A stretch of 64,000 bases of DNA from an uncultured delta proteobacterium (GCA_963745025.1 CAVUWD010000006.1:320001-384000); one strand, 5' to 3'; shown: positions 8,296-18,042, counted from the first letter of the stretch. Notes: generated from the sequence alone by a model not told the origin. Translations and numbers: made by a program.

Positions 8296-10266
8296 TCACA
8301 CGATTCGGCCAACTTGCGCACCTTCGTAAATCGCGTTCTCCATCCGCCGCGGGGCCACACAGTCGCCGACCCGGTGGAGCTCCGCGATCTTTCCTCGGAG
8401 CGAGCGGTAGAGACCGTCATCCGCCGCGGCTCCGACGGCGAGGACGACGGCGTCGCACCCGATCTCGCCCTCTTTCTGGCTGAGGAGATGTCGCGTCTTC
8501 ACCCCGCCCGCGTCGATCTCCGTCACGGCGGTGAAGCTCACGATCTCGACGCCCTTCTCCGCGAGGCGGGTCATGAGGAGCATCCACGTGTTGTGCTCCG
8601 CGACGGCATGCGGAGCGGGACCGAGGGCCGGGACTACGAGCGTGACCTGCTTGCCCCGGTCGGCCAACGTGTCGGCCGTCGTCGCCCCGCGGAGATGGGA
8701 ATCGGCGCTGTAGACGACCACGCGATCGCCGAGGCTCGCGCCGTCTCCGAGAACCTGCTCCGCGAGGAAGACGTTTCCCCCATCGGCGCCCTGGATCGTC
8801 GGGAGCGGTGGCGGGGGTTGGTCCACTGGGCGCGCGCCGGTGGCGACGACGACCGCGTCCGGATGCTGACTCACGACGGCGTCCACGTCGACCTCGGTGC
8901 CGAGACGGACGTCGACGCCGAGGCGCCGGAGCTCGCGCGTGTAGTAGCGGCCAACGTCCTGGAGCTCTTCGCGACCGGAAGCCTTGCGGGCGACGCTCAA
9001 TTGTCCGCCGAGTTCCGTGGCGCGATCGTACAAGCGCACGGCGTGACCGCGGAGCGCTGCCACGCGCGCCGCCTCCGCGCCGCCCGGTCCGCCGCCGACG
9101 ACGATCACGGACTTGCGCTTCTTCGCCGGGATGAGCTGCCACGCCGGATCGCTCTCATGACCGGCCAATGGGTTGAGTGCGCAGCCGATCGGCAGGCCTT
9201 GCATCGCCCGCCCCCAGCATCCCTGGTTGCACGCGACGCAGTTCCGGATCTCGTCCTCCCTGCCCTCCCGTGCCTTGCGGGGAAGATCGGGATCGCAGAT
9301 CGTCGGGCGCGTCATCGCCACCATGTCAGCCTGGCCGTTTCGGAGAATCTCCTCCGCCTGTGCGGGGTCCTTGATGCGGTGGATCGCAAAGACCGGGACG
9401 TCGACGACCTCCTTGATCGCCGCGGCGTATGGCACGGCGAACCCGAGCGGCACGTACATCGGCGCGATGATGAGCGGCAGCGAGCCGTACGCTCCGACGC
9501 TCACGTCGAGGAAATCCACTCGGCCCTGGTCCTGAAGGATCCGCGCGATCTCGCGCGTCTCCTCGAGCGTGAGCCCGCCGGGCACGAGCTCATCGGCGCT
9601 AAACTTGAAGCCGAGCACGAAGTCCTCGCCGACCGCCTTTCGCACGGCGGCGATGACCTCGAGCGAAAAGCGCATCCGGTTCTCGAGCGTGCCGCCATAC
9701 TCGTCGGTCCGGAAGTTCGACGCGGGCGACAGGAACGAGGAGAAGAGGTAGCCGTGCGCGCCGTGAAGCTCGATGCCGTCGAAGCCCCCTTCGCGGCACC
9801 GGACGGCGGCGGCCGCGAACTCCCCGACGGTCCGCTCGATGTCCTCGCGCTCCATCTCCTTCGAGGCCTCGCCGAGAAGCGGGCAGGGCGCAGTCGAGGC
9901 GGCTTGGAGAGGCAACATGCTCGCACTGGCCGAGCCCTGGCGGCCGAAGTGCCAGAGCTGCGCGAAGATCTTCGTGTCGTGGCGGTGGACAGCGTCGGTT
10001 ACCCAGCGATAGCAGGGAATCTGGCGGTCATCGACACAGCGGTCCATGTGGGCGGACACCGGCACCGAATACGGGCTGACGACCTGCGCGCCGGTGATGA
10101 TGAGCCCGATTCCGCCGCGCGCGCGTGCCTCGTAATAAGCGGCGTGCCGCTCGGTCATCAAGCCGTCGTCGTCTGCGAACAACGTGGCGTGCGCGCTGCT
10201 GAAGATACGGTTCGGGACGCTGAGGGCTCCGATTTCGAGGGGGCGAAAGAGGAACTCGTAGGACAT
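8296..10266 (-). CDS. NADH:flavin oxidoreductase (OYE domain + [4Fe-4S] + FAD/NAD domain; FadH/BaiCD/TMADH-like)
   Basis: GFDGIELHGAHGYL, NFRTDEYGG, CVACNQGC..C, VVGGGPGG and GDCVAPR motifs. Confidence 0.93.
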   Translation of the reverse strand: MSYEFLFRPLEIGALSVPNRIFSSAHATLFADDDGLMTERHAAYYEARARGGIGLIITGAQVVSPYSVPVSAHMDRCVDDRQIPCYRWVTDAVHRHDTKIFAQLWHFGRQGSASASMLPLQAASTAPCPLLGEASKEMEREDIERTVGEFAAAAVRCREGGFDGIELHGAHGYLFSSFLSPASNFRTDEYGGTLENRMRFSLEVIAAVRKAVGEDFVLGFKFSADELVPGGLTLEETREIARILQDQGRVDFLDVSVGAYGSLPLIIAPMYVPLGFAVPYAAAIKEVVDVPVFAIHRIKDPAQAEEILRNGQADMVAMTRPTICDPDLPRKAREGREDEIRNCVACNQGCWGRAMQGLPIGCALNPLAGHESDPAWQLIPAKKRKSVIVVGGGPGGAEAARVAALRGHAVRLYDRATELGGQLSVARKASGREELQDVGRYYTRELRRLGVDVRLGTEVDVDAVVSQHPDAVVVATGARPVDQPPPPLPTIQGADGGNVFLAEQVLGDGASLGDRVVVYSADSHLRGATTADTLADRGKQVTLVVPALGPAPHAVAEHNTWMLLMTRLAEKGVEIVSFTAVTEIDAGGVKTRHLLSQKEGEIGCDAVVLAVGAAADDGLYRSLRGKIAELHRVGDCVAPRRMENAIYEGAQVGRIV

Positions 10267-10296
10267 AGATTACCTCCCGTTCTTCTGGAACTACGG

Positions 10297-10312
10297 AGCA
10301 TCGAGCATGCCA
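10297..10312 (-). promoter_or_regulatory. sigma54 (-24/-12) promoter upstream of the OYE gene
   Basis: minus strand TGGCATGCTCGATGCT, close to consensus TGGCACGnnnnTTGCW, about 30 nt above the start with GGGAGG RBS between. Confidence 0.65.
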
Positions 10313-10479
10313 GGCTATTGCGAGAAAACGTCTGTCGTCGCGCGCCATCAGTTGCTCGGCTCCAAGCAGATTTGACGCCTTTTGACACATGGATGTCTCA
10401 TTCGGAGCCAATGAAACGCGATTGGCCCTGCAATGCCCGAAGCGGAGAGATGGAACATGTCGTGCTGTATTCCGCTCGA

Positions 10480-11466
10480 ATGGATCTCGCCGGATCGATC
10501 TGGGTCGTCGCGGAGGAGCGCGGCGGCGTCCTCGAGCGCGTGACGCTGGAGCTCGTCGGCGAGGCGCGCAGGCTCGCCGGGCGCGGCGAGGTCGCGGCGA
10601 TCCTCCTTGGTGAAGCCGTCGAATCGCTCGCCGCTGAGCTCGCGCATTACGGCGCAGACACCGTCCACGTGGTCGACGACCCGGCGCTCCGGCACTACGA
10701 TCCGGAACTCTTCGTAGCGACCGTAGGCACTCTCTGCGCCGCCCACGAGCCGGCGCTCGTCCTCTTCCCCACCACCACGACCGGGAGCGACGTGGCCGCG
10801 CGCCTCGCTTCGGAGCGCGGCTGGCCGCTCGTGACGCGATGCACGATGGTGCGGCGCTGTGAACGAGGGTTCGAATTCGCCCGACCGATCGGCGAGACGC
10901 TCCAGGCCATCCTCGTTGCGATCGGGGCGGGTCCCCGCCTCGCGACGATCGTTCCCGACGTGATCGGTGTCGAGCGGCCTGATCGCGGGCGCACGGCCCG
11001 GGTAATCCCCTCCCCGGTCGCCCGGCCGAAGCGAGCGCGCATTCGCGTCAGCGATGGCGACGGCGCCGCCCCGCTCGCCGTCGACCTCACCGAAGCGGAC
11101 GTCATCGTCGCCGTCGGACACGGCATCGGCTCGAAGCAGAACCTTCGCCTCGCGGAGGATCTCGCCCACGCGCTCGGTGGCACGGTCGGCGCGACGCGCA
11201 TCGCCGTCGACCTCGGCTGGCTACCGCGCGAACGACAGATCGGCCAGACCGGCAAGGCGGTCGCGCCGCGGCTCTACGTGGCCTGCGGGATCTCCGGTGC
11301 GACGCAGCACACGATCGGGATGAAGGACTCGGCGACGATCGTCGCGATCAATACCGATGCCGCAGCGCCGATCTTCAGGATCGCCGACCTCGCTCTCCAG
11401 GCAGACGTCGCGGAGCTCCTTCCGGCGCTTGCCGAGGCGTGCCGACGCGAGGGCCAACACGAATGA
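10480..11466 (+). CDS. etfA: electron transfer flavoprotein alpha subunit
   Basis: IWVVAE, ADVIVAVGHG, RQIGQTGK, LYVACGISGAxQH and IVAINTD motifs; only the 3' part of the long 8269 ORF is coding. Confidence 0.9.
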   Translation: MDLAGSIWVVAEERGGVLERVTLELVGEARRLAGRGEVAAILLGEAVESLAAELAHYGADTVHVVDDPALRHYDPELFVATVGTLCAAHEPALVLFPTTTTGSDVAARLASERGWPLVTRCTMVRRCERGFEFARPIGETLQAILVAIGAGPRLATIVPDVIGVERPDRGRTARVIPSPVARPKRARIRVSDGDGAAPLAVDLTEADVIVAVGHGIGSKQNLRLAEDLAHALGGTVGATRIAVDLGWLPRERQIGQTGKAVAPRLYVACGISGATQHTIGMKDSATIVAINTDAAAPIFRIADLALQADVAELLPALAEACRREGQHE

Positions 11467-12365
11467 GCGTGGAGCGTGAGGTCTTCGTCTGCGTAAAACA
11501 GGCGATGTCGATCGCCGGAGCGGCGAGCGTCGGGCCGCAAGCCGCTCAGCGCGCGGGTACGGCACCGCGTCCGCTCAAAAACGAAGCCGACATGTTTGCG
11601 CTCGAGGAGGCCCTTCGCGCACGCGATCGCGGGGAGGTCGAGCGGGTGGTCTGCGTCTCAGTCGGCTCGCCGCGGGCACGAGAGGCGCTCGTCGCGGCCC
11701 TCGCGATGGGCGCTGATCACGCAGTCCGGATCGACGTGTCGGACGACGCAGGCCTCGACGCCAGCGCCACGGCGGCCCTCCTTGCGGCCGCGATCGTTTC
11801 CCTCGGCGGTCGGCTCGTCTTCGCCGCCCAGACGTCCGACGATGGACGGAGCGGGCTCGTGCCGGTATTTCTGGCGCGCCATCTTGACGCTGTCTACCTC
11901 TCGAACGCCGTGACGGCTCGCTTGACGGATGGCGAGGTCGAGATCCAGCGTCGAGTCAAGCGGGGAGGCCGGCAGGTCTGGCGCGCCGCTCCCCCCGCCG
12001 TCGTCGCCTTTGACGGCGGCATCAATGTGCCGCGCTATCCGCGGGTCGCGGCACGTTTCCGCGCGCGACGGCAGACGATCGAGGAGATGAGCCCCGCCGT
12101 TCTCGGAGTCGACCTGGGCTCGCTCCCGCGCCCGGTCGCGATCCTCCGGATCGAGCCGTTGCGCCGCCGCACAAAGAAAATGGCTCTCCCCGCCCGCGAA
12201 GGCTCGGCGGCGGATCGCATGAGAGCGCTCGTCGGTGGGGGCATCGCCGCGAAGGCGAGCAAGGTGGTCGCCGGTCCGGTCGATCAGCTCGTCGCCACGA
12301 CGGTCGCGTTTTTGAAGGAGCGCCGCCTCCTCGAACACGGTCGCGCGAAGAGTGGTCGAAAGTGA
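11463..12365 (+). CDS. etfB: electron transfer flavoprotein beta subunit
   Basis: VCVKQ, ALEEALR, ALAMGADHAV and NVPRYP motifs; ATGA overlap with etfA. Confidence 0.88.
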   Translation: MSVEREVFVCVKQAMSIAGAASVGPQAAQRAGTAPRPLKNEADMFALEEALRARDRGEVERVVCVSVGSPRAREALVAALAMGADHAVRIDVSDDAGLDASATAALLAAAIVSLGGRLVFAAQTSDDGRSGLVPVFLARHLDAVYLSNAVTARLTDGEVEIQRRVKRGGRQVWRAAPPAVVAFDGGINVPRYPRVAARFRARRQTIEEMSPAVLGVDLGSLPRPVAILRIEPLRRRTKKMALPAREGSAADRMRALVGGGIAAKASKVVAGPVDQLVATTVAFLKERRLLEHGRAKSGRK

Positions 12366-12599
12366 CGGGACCAGGCGCAACGCGCACTGGTGCCGCCGTC
12401 CGGGCGGTCGCTCTCTCCGTCGAGACTGTACTTCCTGTGGTTCGCGCAGGGGCGCAACACGCCTGCGGCTGTCTGGGCCGACCGGCTGCGGCTTGAGTTC
12501 TGGCACCATCAATTTCTCGCACGTGAGCACGGGCTTCAGCTGCCAGACGATTCCGGACGCGCAGCAGGGCCGCGTGACGCTCAACGGCAGTCGCGCAAA

Positions 12600-12752
12600 G
12601 AAGTGGCGCACAGGGCCGAGGAACGTGGTATCAATCTCATGAGTGGCTATCCGGGCGGCCTGGGCTCTCTTCCCCACGAGCAGGCGCTACGCTCGCTCCG
12701 TCTGTTTGCCGAGGAAGTGATGCAGGTATTCACTGAGAGCAGAAGCCGATAA
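12600..12752 (+). pseudogene. C-terminal remnant of a luciferase-like monooxygenase (LLM)
   Basis: ...GSLPHEQALRSLRLFAEEVMQVF* matches the terminal helix of LLM-class oxidoreductases; no N-terminal domain upstream. Confidence 0.55.
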
Positions 12753-12763
12753 GGAACCAGCAG

Positions 12764-13939
12764 ATGAAAACGCCCATTTGCGAAATTCTCGGTATCGAGT
12801 TTCCCCTCCTGGCTTTCAGCCATTGTCGCGACGTCGTGGCATCCGTGAGTCGGGCGGGCGGCTTTGGCGTGCTGGGGGCGGTCGGATTCAGGCCGGAGCA
12901 ACTCGAGATGGAGCTGCGATGGATCGACGACCACATCGACGGCAAGCCGTACGGAGTCGACGTGCTCATTCCCGAAAACCTCTCCATCAAGGGTGAGAAG
13001 GGCGTGACGGCGCGCTCCCTCGCCGAGCGGATCCCGCAGAAACAAAGGGACTTCGTTCGCGAGTTGCTGGTCGAACATGGCATCGAGCCCGCGCCGATGT
13101 TCGAGGACTCGGCGCCGCCGCGTGCGGACGCGCCGTCAAACCGCGACACCTCGGTGCGGCCCTTCTTTCCCTTCCAAGAGGAAGCAGCGCTGCAGCTGCT
13201 CGAGGTCTCGTTTCGCCATCCGATCAAGTTGATCGCCAACGCGCTCGGCGTGCCGCCGCGATCGATGCTCGACATGGGCCGCGCTCACGGCGTGCCGGTG
13301 GCCGCGCTGGTCGGCGCGCCGGAGCACGCGGTCCGTCAGGCAAAGGCAGGGGTCGACATCATCGTCGCACAAGGCGGCGAGGCGGGGGGTCATTGTGGCG
13401 AAGTCTCGACCATGGTGCTGATCCCGGAGGTCCTGCGCGCGATCCAGCCCATCCGCAGCGTTCCCGTGCTGGCCGCCGGCGGCATCATGACGGGTCGCCA
13501 GATGGCGGCCTGCATGGCGATGGGCGCGGCGGGCGTCTGGACCGGCTCGGTCTGGCTCGCCACGACCGAATCCGAGACCTCGGAGATCTTCCGCGAAAAG
13601 ATGATCGCCGCCCGCTCGCGCGACACCGTCCGCTCCCGGTGCCGCACCGGAAAGCCGGCTCGTCAGCTCCGCTCGGCGTGGACCGACGCCTGGGAAGGAC
13701 CGAAGAGCCCCGGCGCATTGCCGATGCCCTTCCAGAGCATGATCAGCGAGCCTGCGCTCGCGGCCGCGCAGCGAGCGGCGGAACGGGGAAACCCGAGAGC
13801 CCGCGAGCTCGTCAACTACTTCGTCGGCCAGGGCGTGGGCTTGGTCGACAGCGTGAAGTCGAGCCGCGAAGTGGTGAGAGAGTTCATGGAGGGATTCGCC
13901 GAGGCGGTCTCCGACATGCAAGCACTGATCGAAGCGTAG
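12764..13939 (+). CDS. nitronate monooxygenase / FabK-like FMN oxidoreductase
   Basis: AFSHCRDVVASVSRAGGFGVLG, QGGEAGGHCG and VLAAGGI motifs. Confidence 0.9.
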   Translation: MKTPICEILGIEFPLLAFSHCRDVVASVSRAGGFGVLGAVGFRPEQLEMELRWIDDHIDGKPYGVDVLIPENLSIKGEKGVTARSLAERIPQKQRDFVRELLVEHGIEPAPMFEDSAPPRADAPSNRDTSVRPFFPFQEEAALQLLEVSFRHPIKLIANALGVPPRSMLDMGRAHGVPVAALVGAPEHAVRQAKAGVDIIVAQGGEAGGHCGEVSTMVLIPEVLRAIQPIRSVPVLAAGGIMTGRQMAACMAMGAAGVWTGSVWLATTESETSEIFREKMIAARSRDTVRSRCRTGKPARQLRSAWTDAWEGPKSPGALPMPFQSMISEPALAAAQRAAERGNPRARELVNYFVGQGVGLVDSVKSSREVVREFMEGFAEAVSDMQALIEA

Positions 13940-14084
13940 GGGTCACGCCAGGAGAGGCAGGGTCCAGGATCGCCCGGTCGACGGAGGCCTGATGCGCACC
14001 GCATGGCCGGCCGCGAGAAAAGAGGGAGGAAAGCTCGTTGGACCGCGTCGGATCAGCGCTTGATCGCATATGCTGATTTGATTT

Positions 14085-14192
14085 AGGCACCCACCAGCGC
14101 GCTACCTCAGCCGGATCCGTCCAGGCGCGGGAGACTTTCTCCGTCGGCGCGTCGGCTCGGCGTTCGAGGGTGAGACTGGGCTTGGTGGACAT
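14085..14192 (-). pseudogene. truncated SRPBCC/AHSA1 domain protein
   Basis: MSTKPSLTLERRADAPTEKVSRAWTDPAEVARWWVPK then loss of similarity; canonical partner of the upstream ArsR. Confidence 0.65.
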
Positions 14193-14509
14193 GAGTCTTC
14201 CTCCACGAAGGCGGCGACTCGATCGAGTTTTTCGGACCAGAAGCGTCGGTAGCGGTTCAGCCACTCCGTGGCGGCCTTGAGCGGACCCGCCTCAAGCCGG
14301 CAGGGCCGCCACTGTGCCTCGCGACCGCGCGCGATCAGACCGGCACGCTCCAGCACCTTGAGGTGCTTGGAGATGGCGGGAAGGCTCATCTCGAAGGGCG
14401 CGCCCAGCTCCGTGACCGAGGCCTCGCCCGAGGCGAGGCGAGCAAGGATCGCGCGCCGGGTGGGGTCGGCGAGGGCGGCGAAGGTGGTGCTGAGGCGATC
14501 GGGCGACAT
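14102..14509 (-). CDS. ArsR/SmtB family transcriptional regulator (SRPBCC-associated type)
   Basis: FAALADPTRRAIL, SLPAISKHLKVLERAGLI and AQWRPCRL motifs; C-terminal extension over the SRPBCC remnant. Confidence 0.9.
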   Translation of the reverse strand: MSPDRLSTTFAALADPTRRAILARLASGEASVTELGAPFEMSLPAISKHLKVLERAGLIARGREAQWRPCRLEAGPLKAATEWLNRYRRFWSEKLDRVAAFVEEDSCPPSPVSPSNAEPTRRRRKSPAPGRIRLR

Positions 14510-14518
14510 GTAATAGCG

Positions 14519-14546
14519 AACCTTTCGGTTAAATAACTATGCGGTT
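14519..14546. promoter_or_regulatory. putative ArsR autoregulatory operator (two AAC-N6-GTT palindromes)
   Basis: AACCTTTCGGTT (14519-14530) and AACTATGCGGTT (14535-14546) immediately upstream of the arsR ATG. Confidence 0.55.
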
Positions 14547-14719
14547 AGGTACCAGAGCAGCCGACGCCTGTCCAGCGCCTCATGATGCGCGTCTCACGAT
14601 GGCTGGCGTCTCCTTCGCCCCCTACGCCACGGGGCGGCGACGGATCAGCGGGGATACGCGCCGGCGTCAGGGGCTCCACGATCCGGCGACGACGGCAAAC
14701 GAGCAACAAGCCGACCCGG

Positions 14720-15364
14720 CTACGGCGACGAAACCCTTGCGAGCAGGCGTTCCCGCACCCGGTCGATTCTCTCGTTCCCCCAGAAGAGCTCGTCGTCGAC
14801 TAGATAGCTGGGCACGCCGAAGACGCCCTTGACCTCGGCGTCCGCGCGGAGACGATCGTGAAGCGCTCGGCCCTCGCCGACGAGGAACTCGCGAAAGGCC
14901 GCGGCGTCGAGTCCGGCCGCGCCGATCTCGCCGGCGATCGCCGACGCGTCCTCGATGTCGAGCGAGCGCTTCCAGAACTTCTCGAAGATGCGGTCGTGGT
15001 ATGGCCGGATCCGCCCGGCTCGCGCCGCGCAGAGAAAGCCGATGTGCGCGATCGAACTGTCGAAGATCTTCCTCGGCCCGCGGATCACCAGCCCGTGGCG
15101 GGCCGCTTCGCGCCGGCAGTCCATGTAGGCGTAGCGCACGCGTCGCCACTGATGCGCATCACGCGTGCCGATGACGTCTCGACCCGACTCGTCGAGGCGC
15201 GCATCGCCGAGATAGCTTGGGATGTCGAGCGTGTACGGGAGCCGCTCGATTGCGACTCCGAGCGGCGCGAGCTCCGCTTCGAGCGCGTCGGTGGCTCGCT
15301 GCGCGAGATACGCGTACGGGCTCTTGTAATCGAAATAGTGGATGACCTGCGGACGCGACGGCAC
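14720..15364 (-). CDS. DsbA-like / 2-hydroxychromene-2-carboxylate isomerase (kappa GST) family protein
   Basis: YFDYKSPYAYLA and GVFGVPSY...ELFWGNER motifs. Confidence 0.88.
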   Translation of the reverse strand: MPSRPQVIHYFDYKSPYAYLAQRATDALEAELAPLGVAIERLPYTLDIPSYLGDARLDESGRDVIGTRDAHQWRRVRYAYMDCRREAARHGLVIRGPRKIFDSSIAHIGFLCAARAGRIRPYHDRIFEKFWKRSLDIEDASAIAGEIGAAGLDAAAFREFLVGEGRALHDRLRADAEVKGVFGVPSYLVDDELFWGNERIDRVRERLLARVSSP

Positions 15365-15438
15365 CGGCTTGCTCTGCTACACGGCCCTGCGGGCGACCGA
15401 GCGGTCCGCGCGGCTCAACGCCCTATCGTCGAACGCGC

Positions 15439-15636
15439 TCACGATTGGGCCTTCTCTTCCGGAGTCGGCGCTGGAGCTCCTGGCTGCGACTGGAAGCCCT
15501 CCGGCAGGTCGCGTTCGGGGGAAACGCGAATGGTGACGATCCGCCCCGCGTCGAACTCGGCGCGCTTCGGATTGAACAGGCCGATTCGCGCGAGGAGATA
15601 TTTCTTGGGGATTTGCTCGATCATTGCGTCCTGCAC
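15439..15636 (-). CDS. small hypothetical protein or gene fragment
   Basis: 65-aa ORF with protein-like composition; frame extends upstream without a clear start. Confidence 0.3.
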   Translation of the reverse strand: MQDAMIEQIPKKYLLARIGLFNPKRAEFDAGRIVTIRVSPERDLPEGFQSQPGAPAPTPEEKAQS

Positions 15637-15825
15637 CGCCTGTCTGCGACCAGCTCGGCCTTGCCGATGAATGCCGGACTGCTGCGCGAGCCGATCCAGA
15701 CTAGCGAGGTTCGCCTCGAAATGGGAGCTGATTCCTCGTATCCCAGGAGACGCCGAGAGTATAGTGAGACGAGCCCGCGTCGGCCGGAGCCGGGCGCGAC
15801 CAACGGGAGCGATCCGCGGCGCGAT

Positions 15826-16968
15826 CTAGCTTCTCTTTGCGACTTCCTCGAGCATGACCTCGGTCGCGCCGCCGCCGATCGACAACACTCGCGCGTCGCG
15901 CACCATCCGCTCGATCGTGCTCTCCTGAATGTAGCCGAAACCGCCGTGGAATTGCTGGCAGGTGTACATCACCTCGTTCACCAGCTCGCCGGAATACGCC
16001 TTGAGCATCGACACTTCGCGGACCGCGTCCATGCCGCGGCTCATTCGCCATGCCGCGTGATAGAGAAGCTGCCGCGCCGCCTCGACCTTTGCCTCCAGCA
16101 TCGCGAGCCGCTGGCGGATCGCCTGCTTGTGCCACAGCGGCGCGCCGAATGCCTTGCGGTTCTTCACGTAATCGACCGTCAAGCGAAGCGCCTCGGTCGC
16201 CTCGCCGACCGCCATACCGGAAAGCGCGAGCCGCTCGTTCTGGAAGTTTCGCATGATCGAGTAGAAGCCCCGGTTCTGCTCGCCGAGAAGGTTCGCGGCC
16301 GCGATTTGACAATCCTCGAAGACGAGCTCGGCGGTGTCGGACGAGCGCCAGCCCTGCTTCTTGAGCTTGCGGCCGACGGAAAAGCCTGCCGTGCCGCGCT
16401 CGACGATGAACATCGAGATGCCCCGCGAGCCCTTGGCGCTCGGATCGGTCTTGGCGGCGACGAACACGACGTCGGCGCTGACGCCGTTGGTGATGAACAT
16501 CTTCGATCCGTTGAGCACCCAATGGTCGCCGTCGCGCCGCGCGGTCGTGCGCATCGCGGCGACGTCCGAGCCCGCGTCGGGCTCGGTGACGGCGACGGCC
16601 GTGAGGATCGCTCCCGAGACGATGCCGGGCAGATAACGCCGCTTTTGCTCCTCCGTGCCCGATCCGGCGAGGTGCGGCGACGCCATGTCGGTATGCACGA
16701 GCACCGTCGCGGAGAAGCCGCCGAAGCTCGAGTGCGCGAGCTCCTCGGCGAGGATTGCCGACGAGAGCGCATCGGCGCCGCTGCCGCCGTATTCGACCGG
16801 ATGGCGAATGCCGAGGAAGCCGAGCTCGCCCATGCGCCGCAGCACCGCGCGGGGAATTTGTCCGGCCTCCTCCCAGGTCTCCCCGTTCGGCCGAACGACC
16901 TCGTCGACGAAGCGCCGGACCTGGGTCCGGAGCATGTCGTGCTCTTCTGTGAAATGTGCCGATGTCAC
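15826..16968 (-). CDS. acyl-CoA dehydrogenase (long/branched-chain, AtuD-like group)
   Basis: AVTEPDAGSD, NGSKMFITNG, QQFHGGFGY and IGGGATEVM motifs; GGAGG RBS. Confidence 0.93.
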   Translation of the reverse strand: MTSAHFTEEHDMLRTQVRRFVDEVVRPNGETWEEAGQIPRAVLRRMGELGFLGIRHPVEYGGSGADALSSAILAEELAHSSFGGFSATVLVHTDMASPHLAGSGTEEQKRRYLPGIVSGAILTAVAVTEPDAGSDVAAMRTTARRDGDHWVLNGSKMFITNGVSADVVFVAAKTDPSAKGSRGISMFIVERGTAGFSVGRKLKKQGWRSSDTAELVFEDCQIAAANLLGEQNRGFYSIMRNFQNERLALSGMAVGEATEALRLTVDYVKNRKAFGAPLWHKQAIRQRLAMLEAKVEAARQLLYHAAWRMSRGMDAVREVSMLKAYSGELVNEVMYTCQQFHGGFGYIQESTIERMVRDARVLSIGGGATEVMLEEVAKRS

Positions 16969-17108
16969 GTGGACCTCCGGGCTTCGCCGTCTCGCGCGGC
17001 GATCGTGCGTCCCACCTTGCTACCGTTGCGTCCCTACTTCGGCGGCGGTTCCTTCGGCTCCGGGTACCACGACCGGCCGTCGCGGCTTCGGTGGCCGAAG
17101 AGTGCGGC

Positions 17109-17933
17109 TCAACCCCCGAGAAACCGCTCGACGAGCGGAGCGATCTCGGCGACGTGGGTCATGATGAAGAGGTGTCCGCCCCCGGCGACGACGTGAAGCC
17201 GCGCGCCGGGCAGGCGCGAGGCGATCATCTTCGCGTTGACGAGTGGAGCGATCGGATCGTCGTCTGCCGAGAGGACCAGCGTCGGCCGGTCGACGAGGTG
17301 AAGCCAGGGCAGGCTCGACCATCCCCAGATGGCCATCAGCTGCCAGAGATATCCGCGCACGCTCGGCGGCCGGATGAAGCGCAGGTGGCCGTGCTCCTCG
17401 AGGAGGCGCGGGTTCGTACGCGCGGCGCCGCCGTAGAGGATCGGAGCGACCTGCTCGAAGTAGGAGCGCGAGTAGTAGCGCCGCGGGGTGGCGAGCGCCC
17501 AGAGAGCCCGCGGGTGGCCCGGAACGCCGATCCATCCGGGAGTCGTGGCCGCGAGGACTAGCTTTCGTACGCGCCGGGGATGCCGCAGCGCCACCTCTTG
17601 CGCGAGCGCACCGCCCCACGACACGCCGAGCACGTCCACCGCGCGATACCCGAGCACGTCGAGCGCCCGGATCACGACCCGCGCGAAGCCCGAAAGGCGG
17701 CGCGGAAGCCGAGTCGCCTCGCTGCGCCCCGCTCCCGGGACGTCGATCACGATCGTCTCCGTGTCCGAGAGCGCGCGGCGAAACGGCTCGAGGAGCTCGA
17801 GCGAGGCGCCAATGCCGTTCAGCAAGAGCAGCGGGCGGCCGCGGCCTTCGACCGAGACCCGCAAGCGCAGCCCGTCGACCTGGATGAGCTCGGTCGGCAG
17901 GCTTCCGTCGCGCGCCGGACTCGCGGTCCCCAT
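17109..17933 (-). CDS. phaZ: poly(3-hydroxyalkanoate) depolymerase (alpha/beta hydrolase)
   Basis: NGIGASLEL and GVSWGGALAQ lipase box as in Pseudomonas-type intracellular PhaZ; directly downstream of phaC. Confidence 0.85.
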   Translation of the reverse strand: MGTASPARDGSLPTELIQVDGLRLRVSVEGRGRPLLLLNGIGASLELLEPFRRALSDTETIVIDVPGAGRSEATRLPRRLSGFARVVIRALDVLGYRAVDVLGVSWGGALAQEVALRHPRRVRKLVLAATTPGWIGVPGHPRALWALATPRRYYSRSYFEQVAPILYGGAARTNPRLLEEHGHLRFIRPPSVRGYLWQLMAIWGWSSLPWLHLVDRPTLVLSADDDPIAPLVNAKMIASRLPGARLHVVAGGGHLFIMTHVAEIAPLVERFLGG

Positions 17934-18042
17934 GACGCATTGTTAGCGGATTCCCGCGACCGAGCGAAGGGCTACGGCAGTAGGCAATCTGGTCGGAGCC
18001 GACCTCGCGACCAGCGGGAGCAGTCTGCCCCGATTCCCTCCC

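Noticed and set aside
8269-10479. 1065-aa + strand ORF apparently fusing a long N-terminal region to EtfA
   Set aside because: The first ~735 codons are the antisense shadow of the OYE gene in GC-rich DNA; ETF similarity only starts near 10480
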